A DNA stretch of 64,000 bases from Vicinamibacteria bacterium (GCA_964291235.2 OZ219816.1:1248001-1312000); one strand, 5' to 3'. Shown: positions 21,281 to 31,750, numbered from the stretch's first letter. Notes: generated by a model from the letters alone, not told the origin. A program made the numbers and translations.

Positions 21281-21600
21281 GCTGGGGGAGCCGTGCCGCC
21301 GCCCGCCTGCGGCGGGCTGTGCCGGCCTGGAGGCCGGCGTTCCCTTGCGTGTGCGACAGCAGTGCTGCTGGGGGTCCGTCCCGCCGCCCGCCTGCGGCGG
21401 GCTGTGCCGGCCTGGAGGCCGGCGTTCCCTTGCGTGTGCGACAGCAACGCTGCTGGGGGTCCGTCCCGCCGCCCGCCTGCGGCGGGCTGTGCCGGCCTGG
21501 AGGCCGGCGTTCCCTTGCGTGTGCGACAGCAATGCTGCTGAGGGGCCGTCCCGCCCCCCGCCTGCGGCGGGCTGTGCCGGCCTGGAGGCCGGCGTTCCCT
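21281..21600. repeat. Tandem array of ~3.8 x 85-bp REP-like units (BIME-like)
   Basis: Unit core recurs at 21301, 21386, 21471, 21556; hairpins GCCCGCC-TGC-GGCGGGC and GCCGGCC-TGGA-GGCCGGC followed by GTTCCC. Confidence 0.92.
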
Positions 21601-21705
21601 GTCCCTTGTAACGCCGAGGCCGGTGGGGTTCCCCGACGAGAGGGGAACCATCCTGCGTCTATCTCTGCGGCGGAAGTATGAGAATCCCGGCTGGTGCGCG
21701 GCGCA

Positions 21706-22791
21706 TCAGAAGAGGAAGTTGTGGTCGAAGTCGGGGATGCGGCCGGCCTCGATGAGGACGATCCAGTCCAGCAGATCGTCCTCCCCAGCTGCCCAGATGT
21801 TCAGGCAGAGGCGCAGATACTGGAGAACCGTCTCCGTCGCGCCACCCTCGAGGAGCGCCTTGGCGAGCGCCATGTCCGGTCCCCGGAACGTCCCGGTTGG
21901 AGCCCCCTCGGTTCGCGCCGCGGCCAGCAGATGTGCCCCCGCCACCTCCAGATCGCCCTCGGCGAGAGCGATTCGACCCAGTACCAGGTTCCCGACGTGG
22001 AGGTATTCCCCTTGGTTCCGTCTGTCGGAGCTCGCCGCGAGCATGGACTCGGCGTGCGCGCGGGCCTTGTCGAGATCGCCGGATGCGAAGGCCGCGACGG
22101 CGAGGTCGGGGATCAGGTCCGCCCCGGCGTCGGCATCTGACAATTCATGGGCGCGCTCGAAGTCGGCAAGCGCGCGGGCGGCGGTCGCGGCGGCGGTACC
22201 CTCGAAGGGATCGTGGGCCTCACGCCAGCGGCTACGGCCCAGTTGCCGCGCCCAATACGGATTCGAAGGCTCGAGCGCCTCGCCCCGCTCGAGTAGCCGA
22301 AGCTCCAGAGGCCGGTCGCCGGGACTCAGAAAGCGCGACGCATGGCGCAGCAGCACGGCGTTTTCCGGTTCCGCATCGATCAGGCGAAGCCACGCCTTCT
22401 TGCCCGCCGCGTAGCCCTCGGGGTCCCGGAAGGGGAGGATGCGCGCCGCGGCGGTTGCCAGGACGTCCGATTCGGGAGCGTGTTGGATGAACCAGAGAAG
22501 GTGCCGCGAGTGATCTTCCGAAGCGGATCGCTGGTGCGCTCGGTAGTAGCCGATGAGTTGCGCGCGAGCTACGAGATTCTGGGGACTCTCGGCGAGCTGT
22601 AGTTCCAGGGCAGCGGCCTGCCCGGCGGTGAGTTCCGCACCCCTGATCGCTTCTTCACGAAGGTCTTGAGCCGTTGCCGGCATCGCGAGCAGCACCAAGG
22701 TCACCAGCAGGTGACCGGCGCGCCGGCATCCGAATGGCCGGAGGATTTCCCCGGCGAAAGGGCGCCGGGGCGGCCGCGGTCTCGTGGGCAC
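21706..22791 (-). CDS. Exported TPR-like helical repeat protein, paralog 1 (start uncertain)
   Basis: Signal-like segment, helical repeats, GNLVLGRIALAEGD...GPDMALAKALLE; collinear with 22803-23837. Confidence 0.75.
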   Translation of the reverse strand: MPTRPRPPRRPFAGEILRPFGCRRAGHLLVTLVLLAMPATAQDLREEAIRGAELTAGQAAALELQLAESPQNLVARAQLIGYYRAHQRSASEDHSRHLLWFIQHAPESDVLATAAARILPFRDPEGYAAGKKAWLRLIDAEPENAVLLRHASRFLSPGDRPLELRLLERGEALEPSNPYWARQLGRSRWREAHDPFEGTAAATAARALADFERAHELSDADAGADLIPDLAVAAFASGDLDKARAHAESMLAASSDRRNQGEYLHVGNLVLGRIALAEGDLEVAGAHLLAAARTEGAPTGTFRGPDMALAKALLEGGATETVLQYLRLCLNIWAAGEDDLLDWIVLIEAGRIPDFDHNFLF

Positions 22792-22802
22792 AGGGAAGAT
22801 GG

Positions 22803-23837
22803 TCAGAAGCGGAGGTTGGTGAAGTCGGGTGTCCGTCCGGCCTCGATCAGCACGATCCACTCTTTCAGTCGGCCGCGGTCCATTGCCCAGAAACTTCCGC
22901 AGAGTTCCAAATAGCCCACCACCGTCCGGGTCTCTCCGCGCTCGAACAGCTTCTTGGCAAGCGCCATGTCCGGACCGAACGAATTCAACTGAGGCGATCC
23001 GGGCGTCTGCCCAGCCGCGATCAGTCGCGACCCCGCCTCGGCCAGATCGCCCTCGGAGAGAGCGACCCGCCCCAGAACCAGATTTCCGAAATGGATGCGG
23101 TTCCCCTTGTTCCAGTCGTCCGGGATCGCTTCGAGCATGGATTCGGCATGGACCCGAGCCTTGTCCATGTCCCCGGCGACGAACGCGGCCATCCCCAGAT
23201 AGGGCAGCAGGCTGCCCCGTCCGGAGCCGCCCGAGAGTTCGTGGGCGCGTTCGAAGGCGGTGAGCGCGCGGGCCGCCTCGGCCGGGTCGTTCTCGCCGCG
23301 AGGGCTGCGAGCCTGGCGCCAATGAATATTGCCCAATTCCCGGGCCCATTCCGGATTCGAAGGTTCCAGCGACTCGGCTCGCTCCAGCAGCTCGGCCGTC
23401 AACTCGGTATCGCTCAAGGTGAAATAGCTGGCCGCATGGCGAAGAAAGACGGCATTCCTCGGTTGCTGCGCCATCAAACGAAGCCATGCTTCCTTCCCCT
23501 CGATGTACCCATCCGGGTCCATCGAGGGAAAAATGGATGCCTCGGGTCCCTCCAGCACTTCCGACTCCGGCAGGTTCTCGATGAACCAGAGGACGTGCAC
23601 GCGATGACGGTCCGCTGTCGTCCGGAGACCCGGGCCGAAGTAGTAGCCGAGAAGTTGAGCCCGTGCACTCAGGTCCTGCGGGTCGGCCGCGAGCCGCTGC
23701 TCGAGGGCGGCAGCCTGCTCAAGCGTCAGTTCGGACCCCTTCAGAACGTCATCGCGCAGGTCCTCGGCAGAACTTGCTGATCCCAACAACAGCGGCGCCG
23801 AGACCGCGGCAACAAGAAACGTCCGGCGTAGGGACAT
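22803..23837 (-). CDS. Exported TPR-like helical repeat protein, paralog 2
   Basis: RBS ggagg before MSLRRTFL signal peptide; TPGSPQLNSFGPDMALA C-terminal motif. Confidence 0.8.
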   Translation of the reverse strand: MSLRRTFLVAAVSAPLLLGSASSAEDLRDDVLKGSELTLEQAAALEQRLAADPQDLSARAQLLGYYFGPGLRTTADRHRVHVLWFIENLPESEVLEGPEASIFPSMDPDGYIEGKEAWLRLMAQQPRNAVFLRHAASYFTLSDTELTAELLERAESLEPSNPEWARELGNIHWRQARSPRGENDPAEAARALTAFERAHELSGGSGRGSLLPYLGMAAFVAGDMDKARVHAESMLEAIPDDWNKGNRIHFGNLVLGRVALSEGDLAEAGSRLIAAGQTPGSPQLNSFGPDMALAKKLFERGETRTVVGYLELCGSFWAMDRGRLKEWIVLIEAGRTPDFTNLRF

Positions 23838-24030
23838 GGCAGGCCTCCGGGGAAGAGTGAACCGTATCGAAATGCAAGCAAACCCGGGGCCGAACACAGT
23901 AGGTGGCGCGTTGGCCGCGCGCGTCGTCCGGACCCGCGGCACACAGCGGTTCTCGAAAGCCCCGCGTTGTTTTGACTGCGGGGTCCGATTGCGCGAACGT
24001 ATGGCCTGAATCTCGCAACTACGACTCTCG

Positions 24031-26475
24031 ATGATGACAAGACGCCGGATGGCGGCGTGGATGGTGCTCGCGGCCCTGACCGCCACTCCTGGTTTGGCCG
24101 AGACGCAGCCGCAGGAAGTCGGAGGACGCGTGGTCGATCGCGTGACCGGCGCACCGGTCAGCGGTGCGAGCGTGACCGCCGGTGACGAAACGGCCTTGAC
24201 CGGCCCGGATGGGGCTTTCCGGCTAACCGCGGATCGTGCGCCGGTGATCGTGGTGGTCGCGGACGGCTACTTCGAGGCCACCGTGGTCGCGAGCGATTCC
24301 GGGGACACGCTGATCGAACTCCTGCCGCGGACTTTCGAAGAGGAGGCCGTCGAGGTGACCGCCGAGGCGCCGGTGCTCGACCGCCCGGCGGCGACCCGGG
24401 TGGCTCCCGAGGAGGTTCTCGAGACCGCGGGGACGGTGGACAACATCTTCCGGGCGCTGGCCACGCTCCCCGGGGTAACGCCCACCACCGACTTCGGCAG
24501 TTTTCTCTCGGTGCGTGGGGGGACGCCCGATCAGAACCTGACGCTCATGGATGGGGTGGAGATCCACAACCCGTACCGGCTCTTCGGCCTGGTGAGCGCC
24601 TTCAACCCGGAGACGATCACCGATTTCTCACTGGCCGCCGGCGGGTTCGGGGCCAAGTACGGCGACCGGCTCTCCTCGCTGCTGGTGGTCCGCAACCGCG
24701 CGGGGCGGCGCAGCTTCCAGGGGACCTCTTCGCTGAGCGTCACCGACGGCAACCTGGTGTTTGAAGGCCCCCTCCCGGGCGGCGGCTCCTGGCTCGCGAC
24801 GGCGCGGCGAACCTACTACGACGTCGTGGTCGGACGGATCCTGGATCAGGACTTTCCGTCCTTCGCCGACTTTCAGATCAGGGCGGACTGGGAGTTCGGT
24901 CCCGGACACCGCCTGTCGTTCATGGGAATCCGCAGCGCGGAAGACACGGACTTCGCCTTCGAGGACGACGATGATGAAGGCGAGCGACGGGTGGATTTTC
25001 TGGGCGACGTCGCGAACGACCTCGGAGCCGTGCGCCTCGACGCCCTCCTTTCGGAACGGGTGACCGCGACGACCATCGTCTCCTGGTACCGGAATACGGA
25101 GTTGTTGGACTTCGAGGCGGACATCTACACCGAGAACCGGGTCGTGAACGTCGAGAACCCCGAACAGCGGGATCTGCTCACCACCATCGCCTTCGACCGG
25201 GAGCGGGCGGTGCGCGACCTGTCCCTGCGTCAGGAAATCGGCATCCAGTTCGGGGGCCGTCACTTCCTTGAAACCGGTTTCGAACTCCACGGTCTCGAAT
25301 CCTCGCTGCGTCAGAACGTCCGCGGTCCCAGAAACGAATCGGAAGCGAATCCGACCAGCATCCAGGGCGGCTCGGCGCTTCCCGATCTTCTCGAATCGGA
25401 GCTTTCCGGGCTACGGGGCGGCGCCTGGATCCAGGACGCCTTCCGTGTCTCGGACCGTTTCACCGTGGAGCCCGGGGTCCGCCTGGAGTGGAGCACGCTG
25501 AACGGGCGGGCGACCGTTTCCCCGCGTTTCGCCGCGGCCTGGGACTTCGGGAAGGGGATCGAGGCCCGCGTCGCGGGCGGCGTCTACACCCAGAGTCCGG
25601 GCTGGGAGAAGTTGATCTCGTCGGACTACCTGCTCGACCTGAACGCAATCGGCGACCTCGCCTTCGAACGCGCGCACCACGCCGTGTTTGGACTCCAGAA
25701 GGCGTTTTCGGACTCGACCCGGCTGCGCGTCGAGGGCTACTGGAAGCGCTTCGACGATCTGCTGGTCGGACGGCTGGAGAACGACACCGAACGGCTCGAG
25801 CGCCTCGCCGAATACGACTTTCCGCGGGAGCTGGCTGCGAACCTGCCGGCCGCCGCCCGGATCACCATCAATCCCGTGAACGAGGGTGGGGGCGTTGCCC
25901 GCGGGATCGACGTCTATCTCGAACGGCTCAACCCGGCGGCGCGCGTGGCCGGCTGGGTTTCCTACGCTTACGGCAAGGCCGAGCGGGAGACCTACGGACT
26001 GCGTTATCCCTTCGAATACGACCGGCCCCACGCACTCAATCTGGTGGGCCGGCTCGGCATCAACGACCGCTGGAGTGTCGCGGCTACCGGCCGCATCGCC
26101 AGCGGTTTCCCCTACACGCCGGCGGTTGGGGTTCGGGTCGCGGCGACCCGGGACGCACGCGGCCGCCTGGTGCCCGAGACGGATGACGACGGGAACCTCG
26201 CCTATGCGGTGGATCTCGGCGGACTCGACAACCTGCACCGTGCGCGGCTCCCGCTCTATGCCCGGCTCGATCTGCGGCTGACCTATCGCCGCGGCGGACC
26301 CGGAGGGCGCTGGTCCGCCTACGCCGAGGTGATCAACGCGCTGAACCGCGACAACGGGGTGGATATCGACCAGCGGGTGATGGCCGACCCGGGCGCGGAG
26401 CGTCCGACCGTCGAGGAGATTCCGGCCTTCGGCTTTCCGTTCGTGCCGACCGTTGGCTTCCGCATCCGCTTCTGA
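24031..26475 (+). CDS. TonB-dependent receptor with N-terminal carboxypeptidase-regulatory-like domain
   Basis: TLPGV plug motif, SVRGGTPDQNLTLMDG, YGDRLSSLL, C-terminal GFRIRF. Confidence 0.92.
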   Translation: MMTRRRMAAWMVLAALTATPGLAETQPQEVGGRVVDRVTGAPVSGASVTAGDETALTGPDGAFRLTADRAPVIVVVADGYFEATVVASDSGDTLIELLPRTFEEEAVEVTAEAPVLDRPAATRVAPEEVLETAGTVDNIFRALATLPGVTPTTDFGSFLSVRGGTPDQNLTLMDGVEIHNPYRLFGLVSAFNPETITDFSLAAGGFGAKYGDRLSSLLVVRNRAGRRSFQGTSSLSVTDGNLVFEGPLPGGGSWLATARRTYYDVVVGRILDQDFPSFADFQIRADWEFGPGHRLSFMGIRSAEDTDFAFEDDDDEGERRVDFLGDVANDLGAVRLDALLSERVTATTIVSWYRNTELLDFEADIYTENRVVNVENPEQRDLLTTIAFDRERAVRDLSLRQEIGIQFGGRHFLETGFELHGLESSLRQNVRGPRNESEANPTSIQGGSALPDLLESELSGLRGGAWIQDAFRVSDRFTVEPGVRLEWSTLNGRATVSPRFAAAWDFGKGIEARVAGGVYTQSPGWEKLISSDYLLDLNAIGDLAFERAHHAVFGLQKAFSDSTRLRVEGYWKRFDDLLVGRLENDTERLERLAEYDFPRELAANLPAAARITINPVNEGGGVARGIDVYLERLNPAARVAGWVSYAYGKAERETYGLRYPFEYDRPHALNLVGRLGINDRWSVAATGRIASGFPYTPAVGVRVAATRDARGRLVPETDDDGNLAYAVDLGGLDNLHRARLPLYARLDLRLTYRRGGPGGRWSAYAEVINALNRDNGVDIDQRVMADPGAERPTVEEIPAFGFPFVPTVGFRIRF

Positions 26476-26529
26476 CGCGCAGACCACATCACGGGCGCCC
26501 GCACCGGGCCCCCGCCGTGCCCCTCGGGG

Positions 26530-27633
26530 TCAGTAGCCCACGAATTCGAGGGCGGGGGATCCGAGTCCCGCAATCAGCAGCAGGCTGACGGCTCCCACCA
26601 CCAGGGCAGCAAAAAGTCCGAAGAGAAACGGACGGAGACCGATTTGCCGCAGGCCGGCAAGACTCGTCTGGAGCCCCACGGCCGCCATGGCCAGCAGCAG
26701 ACAGGTTTCGGCGGCATGGCGGAAGAAGCCGACCAGCTGCCTCCAGACGTCCGGATCGAGGAAACCGAACGCCGCCTCCCCGTGATCGCCGATCGTGCGG
26801 AGGGCGGAGCACGCCGCGAATCCGATCACGAACAGGGGAATCATGCGCAGCCAGGCGCGGGCGCCCGGAGATTCGATCGACCGGGCGCCGCCGAAGAGAA
26901 TCCCGGCCAGCGGGATCAGCGCGAGCATCGAGAGGTTCCGCACCAGTTTGGTGACGGTCGCGACGTCGAGCGCCACCGGAGCGCCGTACTGGGCCTGGTA
27001 CATCGCGCCCGCTCCCGCGACCTGGGCGGTTTCGTGGATGGACGCCCCGAGGAAGAGCCCGGCAAGCTCGGGCTGGCCTCCAAACATCGCATTCGCGAGG
27101 ATCGGGTATCCGAACATCGCGGCGATCCCGAAGACCGTGATGCAGGAAACGGCGTAGGTGACCTCGGCCTGCCGGGCCCGAATGAGCGGCGCGGTCGCCA
27201 CGATCGCGGTGGCCCCGCAGATACTCGTTCCCGCCGCGATCAACCCGGCCAGGGTCCGCGAGAGTCCGAGACGTGGTCCCAACAGCCGGACCACGCTCAC
27301 CCCGGCGGCGACGGCGACCACCACGAAGGGCAGGGCGACCAGGGTGAATTTGCCGGCGGCGAGCAGGCTCAGGCGGAAGCCGAGCAACACGATGCCGAGA
27401 CGCAGGATCGTGGTCGAACAAAACCGCAGACCCGGGGCGCCCGCCCCCGCCCAACCGGACAGGTTGGCGACGACCATGCCGAGGAGGATCGCCAACATGA
27501 TCGGGCTGATCGGAGTGCCCGAGAGTCCGAGCAGCGCCTGGGCGATCCACTGCGCGGAAAACGTGGCGACCGCCGAGACCAGCGCCGCCAGGGCCAAGCC
27601 GGTCCAGAAGGCGCGGGATCGCATCGTCTGCAT
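26530..27633 (-). CDS. YeiH/UPF0324 putative sulfate exporter family membrane protein
   Basis: LRLGIVLLG, GTSICGATAI, SIHETAQV, VTKLVRN motifs. Confidence 0.9.
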   Translation of the reverse strand: MQTMRSRAFWTGLALAALVSAVATFSAQWIAQALLGLSGTPISPIMLAILLGMVVANLSGWAGAGAPGLRFCSTTILRLGIVLLGFRLSLLAAGKFTLVALPFVVVAVAAGVSVVRLLGPRLGLSRTLAGLIAAGTSICGATAIVATAPLIRARQAEVTYAVSCITVFGIAAMFGYPILANAMFGGQPELAGLFLGASIHETAQVAGAGAMYQAQYGAPVALDVATVTKLVRNLSMLALIPLAGILFGGARSIESPGARAWLRMIPLFVIGFAACSALRTIGDHGEAAFGFLDPDVWRQLVGFFRHAAETCLLLAMAAVGLQTSLAGLRQIGLRPFLFGLFAALVVGAVSLLLIAGLGSPALEFVGY

Positions 27634-27702
27634 GTGTTCCTTGCGGTCTCCCTGGCAGTTCCGCCCGCGCGCTCCGTCCCGCCACGGTATCCGGGGTGAA
27701 GC

Positions 27703-29034
27703 CTAAGGGCGCGGGCCGCCCGTACCGAATCCCGTGACGCCCACCCGGCGGGGGATGTAATGGTCGGGGTCCACCGTTCGGTGAAACACGATCCGGCCGT
27801 TACTCATGACGAACATGGGCTCGTGGGTGGCGTAGATGTCCTCGAGGGGGTTGCCGTCCACGGACACCAGGTCGGCTTCCAGCCCGACTTCAATCGCCCC
27901 GGTCCGGTCCCGGATCCCGTACACCTCGGCGGAGCGGATGGTGGCCGCCTGCAGCGCCTGCAGCGGGGTCATCCCCATCTCGACGAAGTGGGTCATTTCC
28001 CGGTAGATCCGAACGTTGGTGCGCGGGCCGTACTGGGTATCGGTGGCAGTGATGATGGTGACCCCGAGTTCGAGGGCGCGCTGGAACCCCTTTTCCAGGT
28101 AGTGGAGCAGGTGGCTGCCCCGCTGGTAACTCGCTGACGACTCGTAGTCGTCATGGGGTAGCAGGAAGCCGACGACCGAGGTGTAGGTGGGTACCCACGC
28201 GGTACCCATTTCCAGCATCAGCCGGAGCCCCTCCTCATCCACATAGGAGCCGTGCTCGATCGTGGCGCAGCCGGCGATGATGGCGTTTCTGACGACCTCC
28301 TTGCCGTGCGAGTGGCACGCCACCTTCACGCCGAGCGCGTCCGCTTCCTCCACGATGGCGGTGAGCTCTTCGACGCTGTAAACCAGCATCTTGGGGTCGG
28401 GGCCGTTCGGGCCCGAGGTCGTGCCGCCGGAGCGGGTCTTGATCCAGCGGGCGCCGCGGTCCACGTCCACCTGAACCACCTCGCGCACCGCTTCGGGGCC
28501 CTTGACCTCGCGGTGGAGGTACTTGTAGAGCCGGGGATCGGCGAGCGCGGACTGGCCGAGATTCGGCAGGACATACACCCCGGCCGCGAAGATCTCCGGC
28601 CCCGCGAGATACCCCTGCTCGACCATGTCGTTCATCCGCACATCGAGGAAGCTGCCCACCGCGGCGCTCTTCATGGTGGTGACACCGGATTCAAGGGCCC
28701 GGTAGAGGCCATCCAGCGTGCGCCCGTGCCAGTGGGCGTCGAAGAGGCCGGGCATCAGGTGCCGGCCGCCCATGTCGAGCAGATGGACGCCTTCGGGAGG
28801 TGCGTCGGTCCCGACGGATTCGATGAGTCCGTCGCGGACCACCACCACCGCGTCCTCCAGCACGGTGCCGTCCACCACGTTCACCACGTGGGTATTGACC
28901 AGCGCCACGTGGGCCCGGGGCAGAATCCCGTCCTCCCCCGGCAGGTAGGGGACGGTGGGCTGCGCCAGGACAGTACTGGCGGCCGTTGCGGCGACCGCGG
29001 CCAAAGCCGCGATCCGGAACAGTCTGTGAGTCAT
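27703..29034 (-). CDS. Exported amidohydrolase (Xaa-Pro dipeptidase/imidazolonepropionase-like)
   Basis: PGLFDAHWH, VACHSHG, TIEHG, ATD, GAIEVGLEADL. Confidence 0.88.
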   Translation of the reverse strand: MTHRLFRIAALAAVAATAASTVLAQPTVPYLPGEDGILPRAHVALVNTHVVNVVDGTVLEDAVVVVRDGLIESVGTDAPPEGVHLLDMGGRHLMPGLFDAHWHGRTLDGLYRALESGVTTMKSAAVGSFLDVRMNDMVEQGYLAGPEIFAAGVYVLPNLGQSALADPRLYKYLHREVKGPEAVREVVQVDVDRGARWIKTRSGGTTSGPNGPDPKMLVYSVEELTAIVEEADALGVKVACHSHGKEVVRNAIIAGCATIEHGSYVDEEGLRLMLEMGTAWVPTYTSVVGFLLPHDDYESSASYQRGSHLLHYLEKGFQRALELGVTIITATDTQYGPRTNVRIYREMTHFVEMGMTPLQALQAATIRSAEVYGIRDRTGAIEVGLEADLVSVDGNPLEDIYATHEPMFVMSNGRIVFHRTVDPDHYIPRRVGVTGFGTGGPRP

Positions 29035-29102
29035 TCGGAATCCTCCGGAACCCGATGGTATGTTCGGAACGTCGTGAGCAGCGACGGCGAAGGAGAAGTG
29101 GC

Positions 29103-30386
29103 ATGCACCGAAGAGCTTTTCTGGCTGCGACGGGCGGAGCGCTGACCGCGCTTCACGCGGATGCCGGGGAACGGATCGGCAAGGCGGTGGCGCGCCTCGG
29201 CGCCCGCACCGCCCAGGCAACGGCACAGGACGAGGACTTCTGGTTCCGGGTGCGCGAGGCGTTCACCATCGACCGCAATCACATCAACCTGAACTCGGGC
29301 AGCGTGAGCCCGGCCCCCGTCACTGTCCAGCGCGCGATGCAACAGTATTGGGACATCATGAACATGGGGCCCTCGCTCTACGTGGACGAACTGCTCGGGC
29401 CGCGGATCGAGGTGGCGCGGCGGAGGCTCGCGGAGACCTTCGGCTGCGGGACCGACGAGATCGCGTTCACCCGGAACGCCAGCGAGGCGATGGAAATCGT
29501 GCAGTTCGGACTTCCGCTCGCGGCCGGGGACGAGGTGCTCACCACCACCCAGGACTACCCGCGGATGCTCATGACCTTCCGCCAGCGAGAACGACGGGAC
29601 GGAATCGTCCTCCGGACGGTGCCCTACCCGACGCCTCCCGAGGATCTATCCGAGCTGACGGGCATCCTCGAGCGGGCGATCACCCCGAAGACGAAGCTGC
29701 TCCTGATCTGCCACACGACTTTCACCACCGGACAGATCTTCCCGGTCGGGGAGATCTGCCGGATGGCGCGCCGTCACGGCATCGAGACCCTGGTGGACGG
29801 CGCTCACGGTTTCGCGCACTTTCCGTTCACCCGGGATGAGCTCGACTGCGACTACTACGGGACGAGCCTCCACAAGTGGCTTTTCGCACCCGTCGGCACG
29901 GGTTTCCTCTATGTCCGCAAGGAGAAGATCCCCAAGGTCTGGCCCCTCATGAGCGCCCCCACCAGCCAGGACGACGACATCCGGAAGTTCGAGCAGATCG
30001 GGACCAACCCGATCGCCGTCCGCGGCCCCATCACCGAGGCGGTGACCTTCCACGAGGGTCTCGGCGCCGAACGAAAGGCCGAGCGGCTGGTGTATCTGCG
30101 TCGCCGCTGGGCGGAGCGGGTCAAGGAACTTCCGGGGGTACAAGTGCTGAATCCGCCGGATATCAAGCAGGCCTGCGGCATCGGAGCGATGCGGATCGAG
30201 GGCGTGGACTCCGGCGCGTTGACCGACTTCCTCGAACGGAAGTACCGGATTCACGTGCGGCCCCGCTTCGTGCAGGGCGAGTTCGACTGCATCCGCGTCT
30301 CTCCGAGCGTCTTCAGCACGCTCGAGGAAATTGATCTCTTCGCTGCCGGGATCGAAGACGCAGCCCGGAACGGGGTATCGGCGTGA
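29103..30386 (+). CDS. Class V PLP-dependent aminotransferase (isopenicillin-N-epimerase/cysteine-desulfurase-like) with Tat signal
   Basis: MHRRAFL; LNSGSVSP, RNASEA, VDGAHG, SLHKWLFAPVGTG (PLP Lys). Confidence 0.88.
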   Translation: MHRRAFLAATGGALTALHADAGERIGKAVARLGARTAQATAQDEDFWFRVREAFTIDRNHINLNSGSVSPAPVTVQRAMQQYWDIMNMGPSLYVDELLGPRIEVARRRLAETFGCGTDEIAFTRNASEAMEIVQFGLPLAAGDEVLTTTQDYPRMLMTFRQRERRDGIVLRTVPYPTPPEDLSELTGILERAITPKTKLLLICHTTFTTGQIFPVGEICRMARRHGIETLVDGAHGFAHFPFTRDELDCDYYGTSLHKWLFAPVGTGFLYVRKEKIPKVWPLMSAPTSQDDDIRKFEQIGTNPIAVRGPITEAVTFHEGLGAERKAERLVYLRRRWAERVKELPGVQVLNPPDIKQACGIGAMRIEGVDSGALTDFLERKYRIHVRPRFVQGEFDCIRVSPSVFSTLEEIDLFAAGIEDAARNGVSA

Positions 30387-31597
30387 GTGCGGGGGACGGG
30401 GTTCGCCGCCGGGAGTTCCTCAAGGGTGCGATGGCGGCGCTTCCGGCGGCCGCGGCGTGCGGCGGGGCCGGGGAAAGCCCCGCACCCGAAACGCAGCCGT
30501 CATCCGGATCCGGCCCACCGTCGGGAGTGGCGCTTTGGGGCCAGGACCTCGGCCTCGGCGAGATGTACCGGGGGGACGGTGGTCAGACCGAAGTCGAGCT
30601 CTACGTCCAGAAGTGCGCCGATCACGGCGTCTCGCGGGTGTTCGCGCCGGGGGCGTCGGCGGAACTCGTGGAGGCCGGCGCCGCGGTGGGGGTGGAGGTG
30701 CATCCCTACAAGGCCGTCGCATCCGCCGGCGGGATCCGGATGTACCCCGCGTGGTCCTCGAACTTCATGGTGCCTCGTTTCGGCACCGGGGAGGGAAGGG
30801 AGATCCTGAATTCCCACCGGCCCATCTGGAGCCACCCGCAGCGGATCGAAAGTCTGAGTGACTTCGTTCGCGAGAATCCCGAGCATCGCCATCGAAACCG
30901 GGAGTTGACCGACGAACTGCAACCCTACGAAAGGGTGTTCCTGAGTCCGGGGCTTCCCGAGGGACGGGCGGAAGAAGCCGCGGTGTTCTCGGGACTCCTC
31001 TCCCGGAGCGGGGGACGCGGGATCCAGGCCGAGTTCGTCTCCATCAACGAGGACGAGAGCGGCGTCACCACCGACGGCTACGAGGATTCGATCGCCGGCG
31101 CCTTCCGCGAGGCCACCGGGCGCGATCCCTTCCAGCTACCGAACGACGATCCGGAGTGGGTGCAGTTCCGGGCCGACCGCTGGACCGACATGGTCCGGAC
31201 GATCCGGGATGCGGTCAAGGCGGTCCGTTCCGATGCGGTCTTCACCATTACCGTCATCAATCGCGACGCCGGCGGCTACGTTCCCCGAATCCAGGATTGG
31301 CCGGCCTGGGTCGAACAGGGGCTCTGCGACGAGATGCACCTCTGGTTCCGCTCCACCACCGACATGCCGACCATCGAACGGCACTGCCGCCACTTCGTGG
31401 ATACGGTGGCCGGCCGGGTCCCGACGATGGCCGAATTCTCGGCCTACCACCCGGGGAGCCTCCAGACGGCCGACGCCATGATGGAGGCGGCCCGCATCGC
31501 GCGCGGCGCCGGGATGGACGGGCTCGGGATCTACCGGAGCCACGCGGTGGAGCAGCTCGGGTTCTGGCCGCTCCTCGACCAGATGACGCGCCTCTAG
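30383..31597 (+). CDS. Tat lipoprotein with GHL10-like TIM barrel
   Basis: RRREFLK...AAAAC; DDPEWVQFRAD and QDWPAWVEQGLCD resemble glycosyl-hydrolase-like 10; GTGA overlap with the upstream gene. Confidence 0.6.
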   Translation: MSAGDGVRRREFLKGAMAALPAAAACGGAGESPAPETQPSSGSGPPSGVALWGQDLGLGEMYRGDGGQTEVELYVQKCADHGVSRVFAPGASAELVEAGAAVGVEVHPYKAVASAGGIRMYPAWSSNFMVPRFGTGEGREILNSHRPIWSHPQRIESLSDFVRENPEHRHRNRELTDELQPYERVFLSPGLPEGRAEEAAVFSGLLSRSGGRGIQAEFVSINEDESGVTTDGYEDSIAGAFREATGRDPFQLPNDDPEWVQFRADRWTDMVRTIRDAVKAVRSDAVFTITVINRDAGGYVPRIQDWPAWVEQGLCDEMHLWFRSTTDMPTIERHCRHFVDTVAGRVPTMAEFSAYHPGSLQTADAMMEAARIARGAGMDGLGIYRSHAVEQLGFWPLLDQMTRL

Positions 31598-31704
31598 CCC
31601 GGATTCGCATCCTTGCGAATCAATCCGCCACACAGTACCCACCCAAGCGGGGACGGCGTAACGCCCCTGTGCCTCCGCGCCGTGCGGCTGACTACCAACG
31701 TGGG

Positions 31705-31750
31705 GTTCAGGAGGCCGACCCAGTTCTTCCGGTGGCGTTCCCGTGCCGGT
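31705..31750. repeat. Degenerate REP-like copy
   Basis: CCAGTTCTTCCGGTGG and GGCGTTCCCGTGCC match parts of the 14440-14545 and 60660-60720 elements. Confidence 0.45.

Noticed and set aside
21281-21600. CRISPR array
   Set aside because: Segments between the palindromes are near-identical rather than unique spacers; no cas genes in the window
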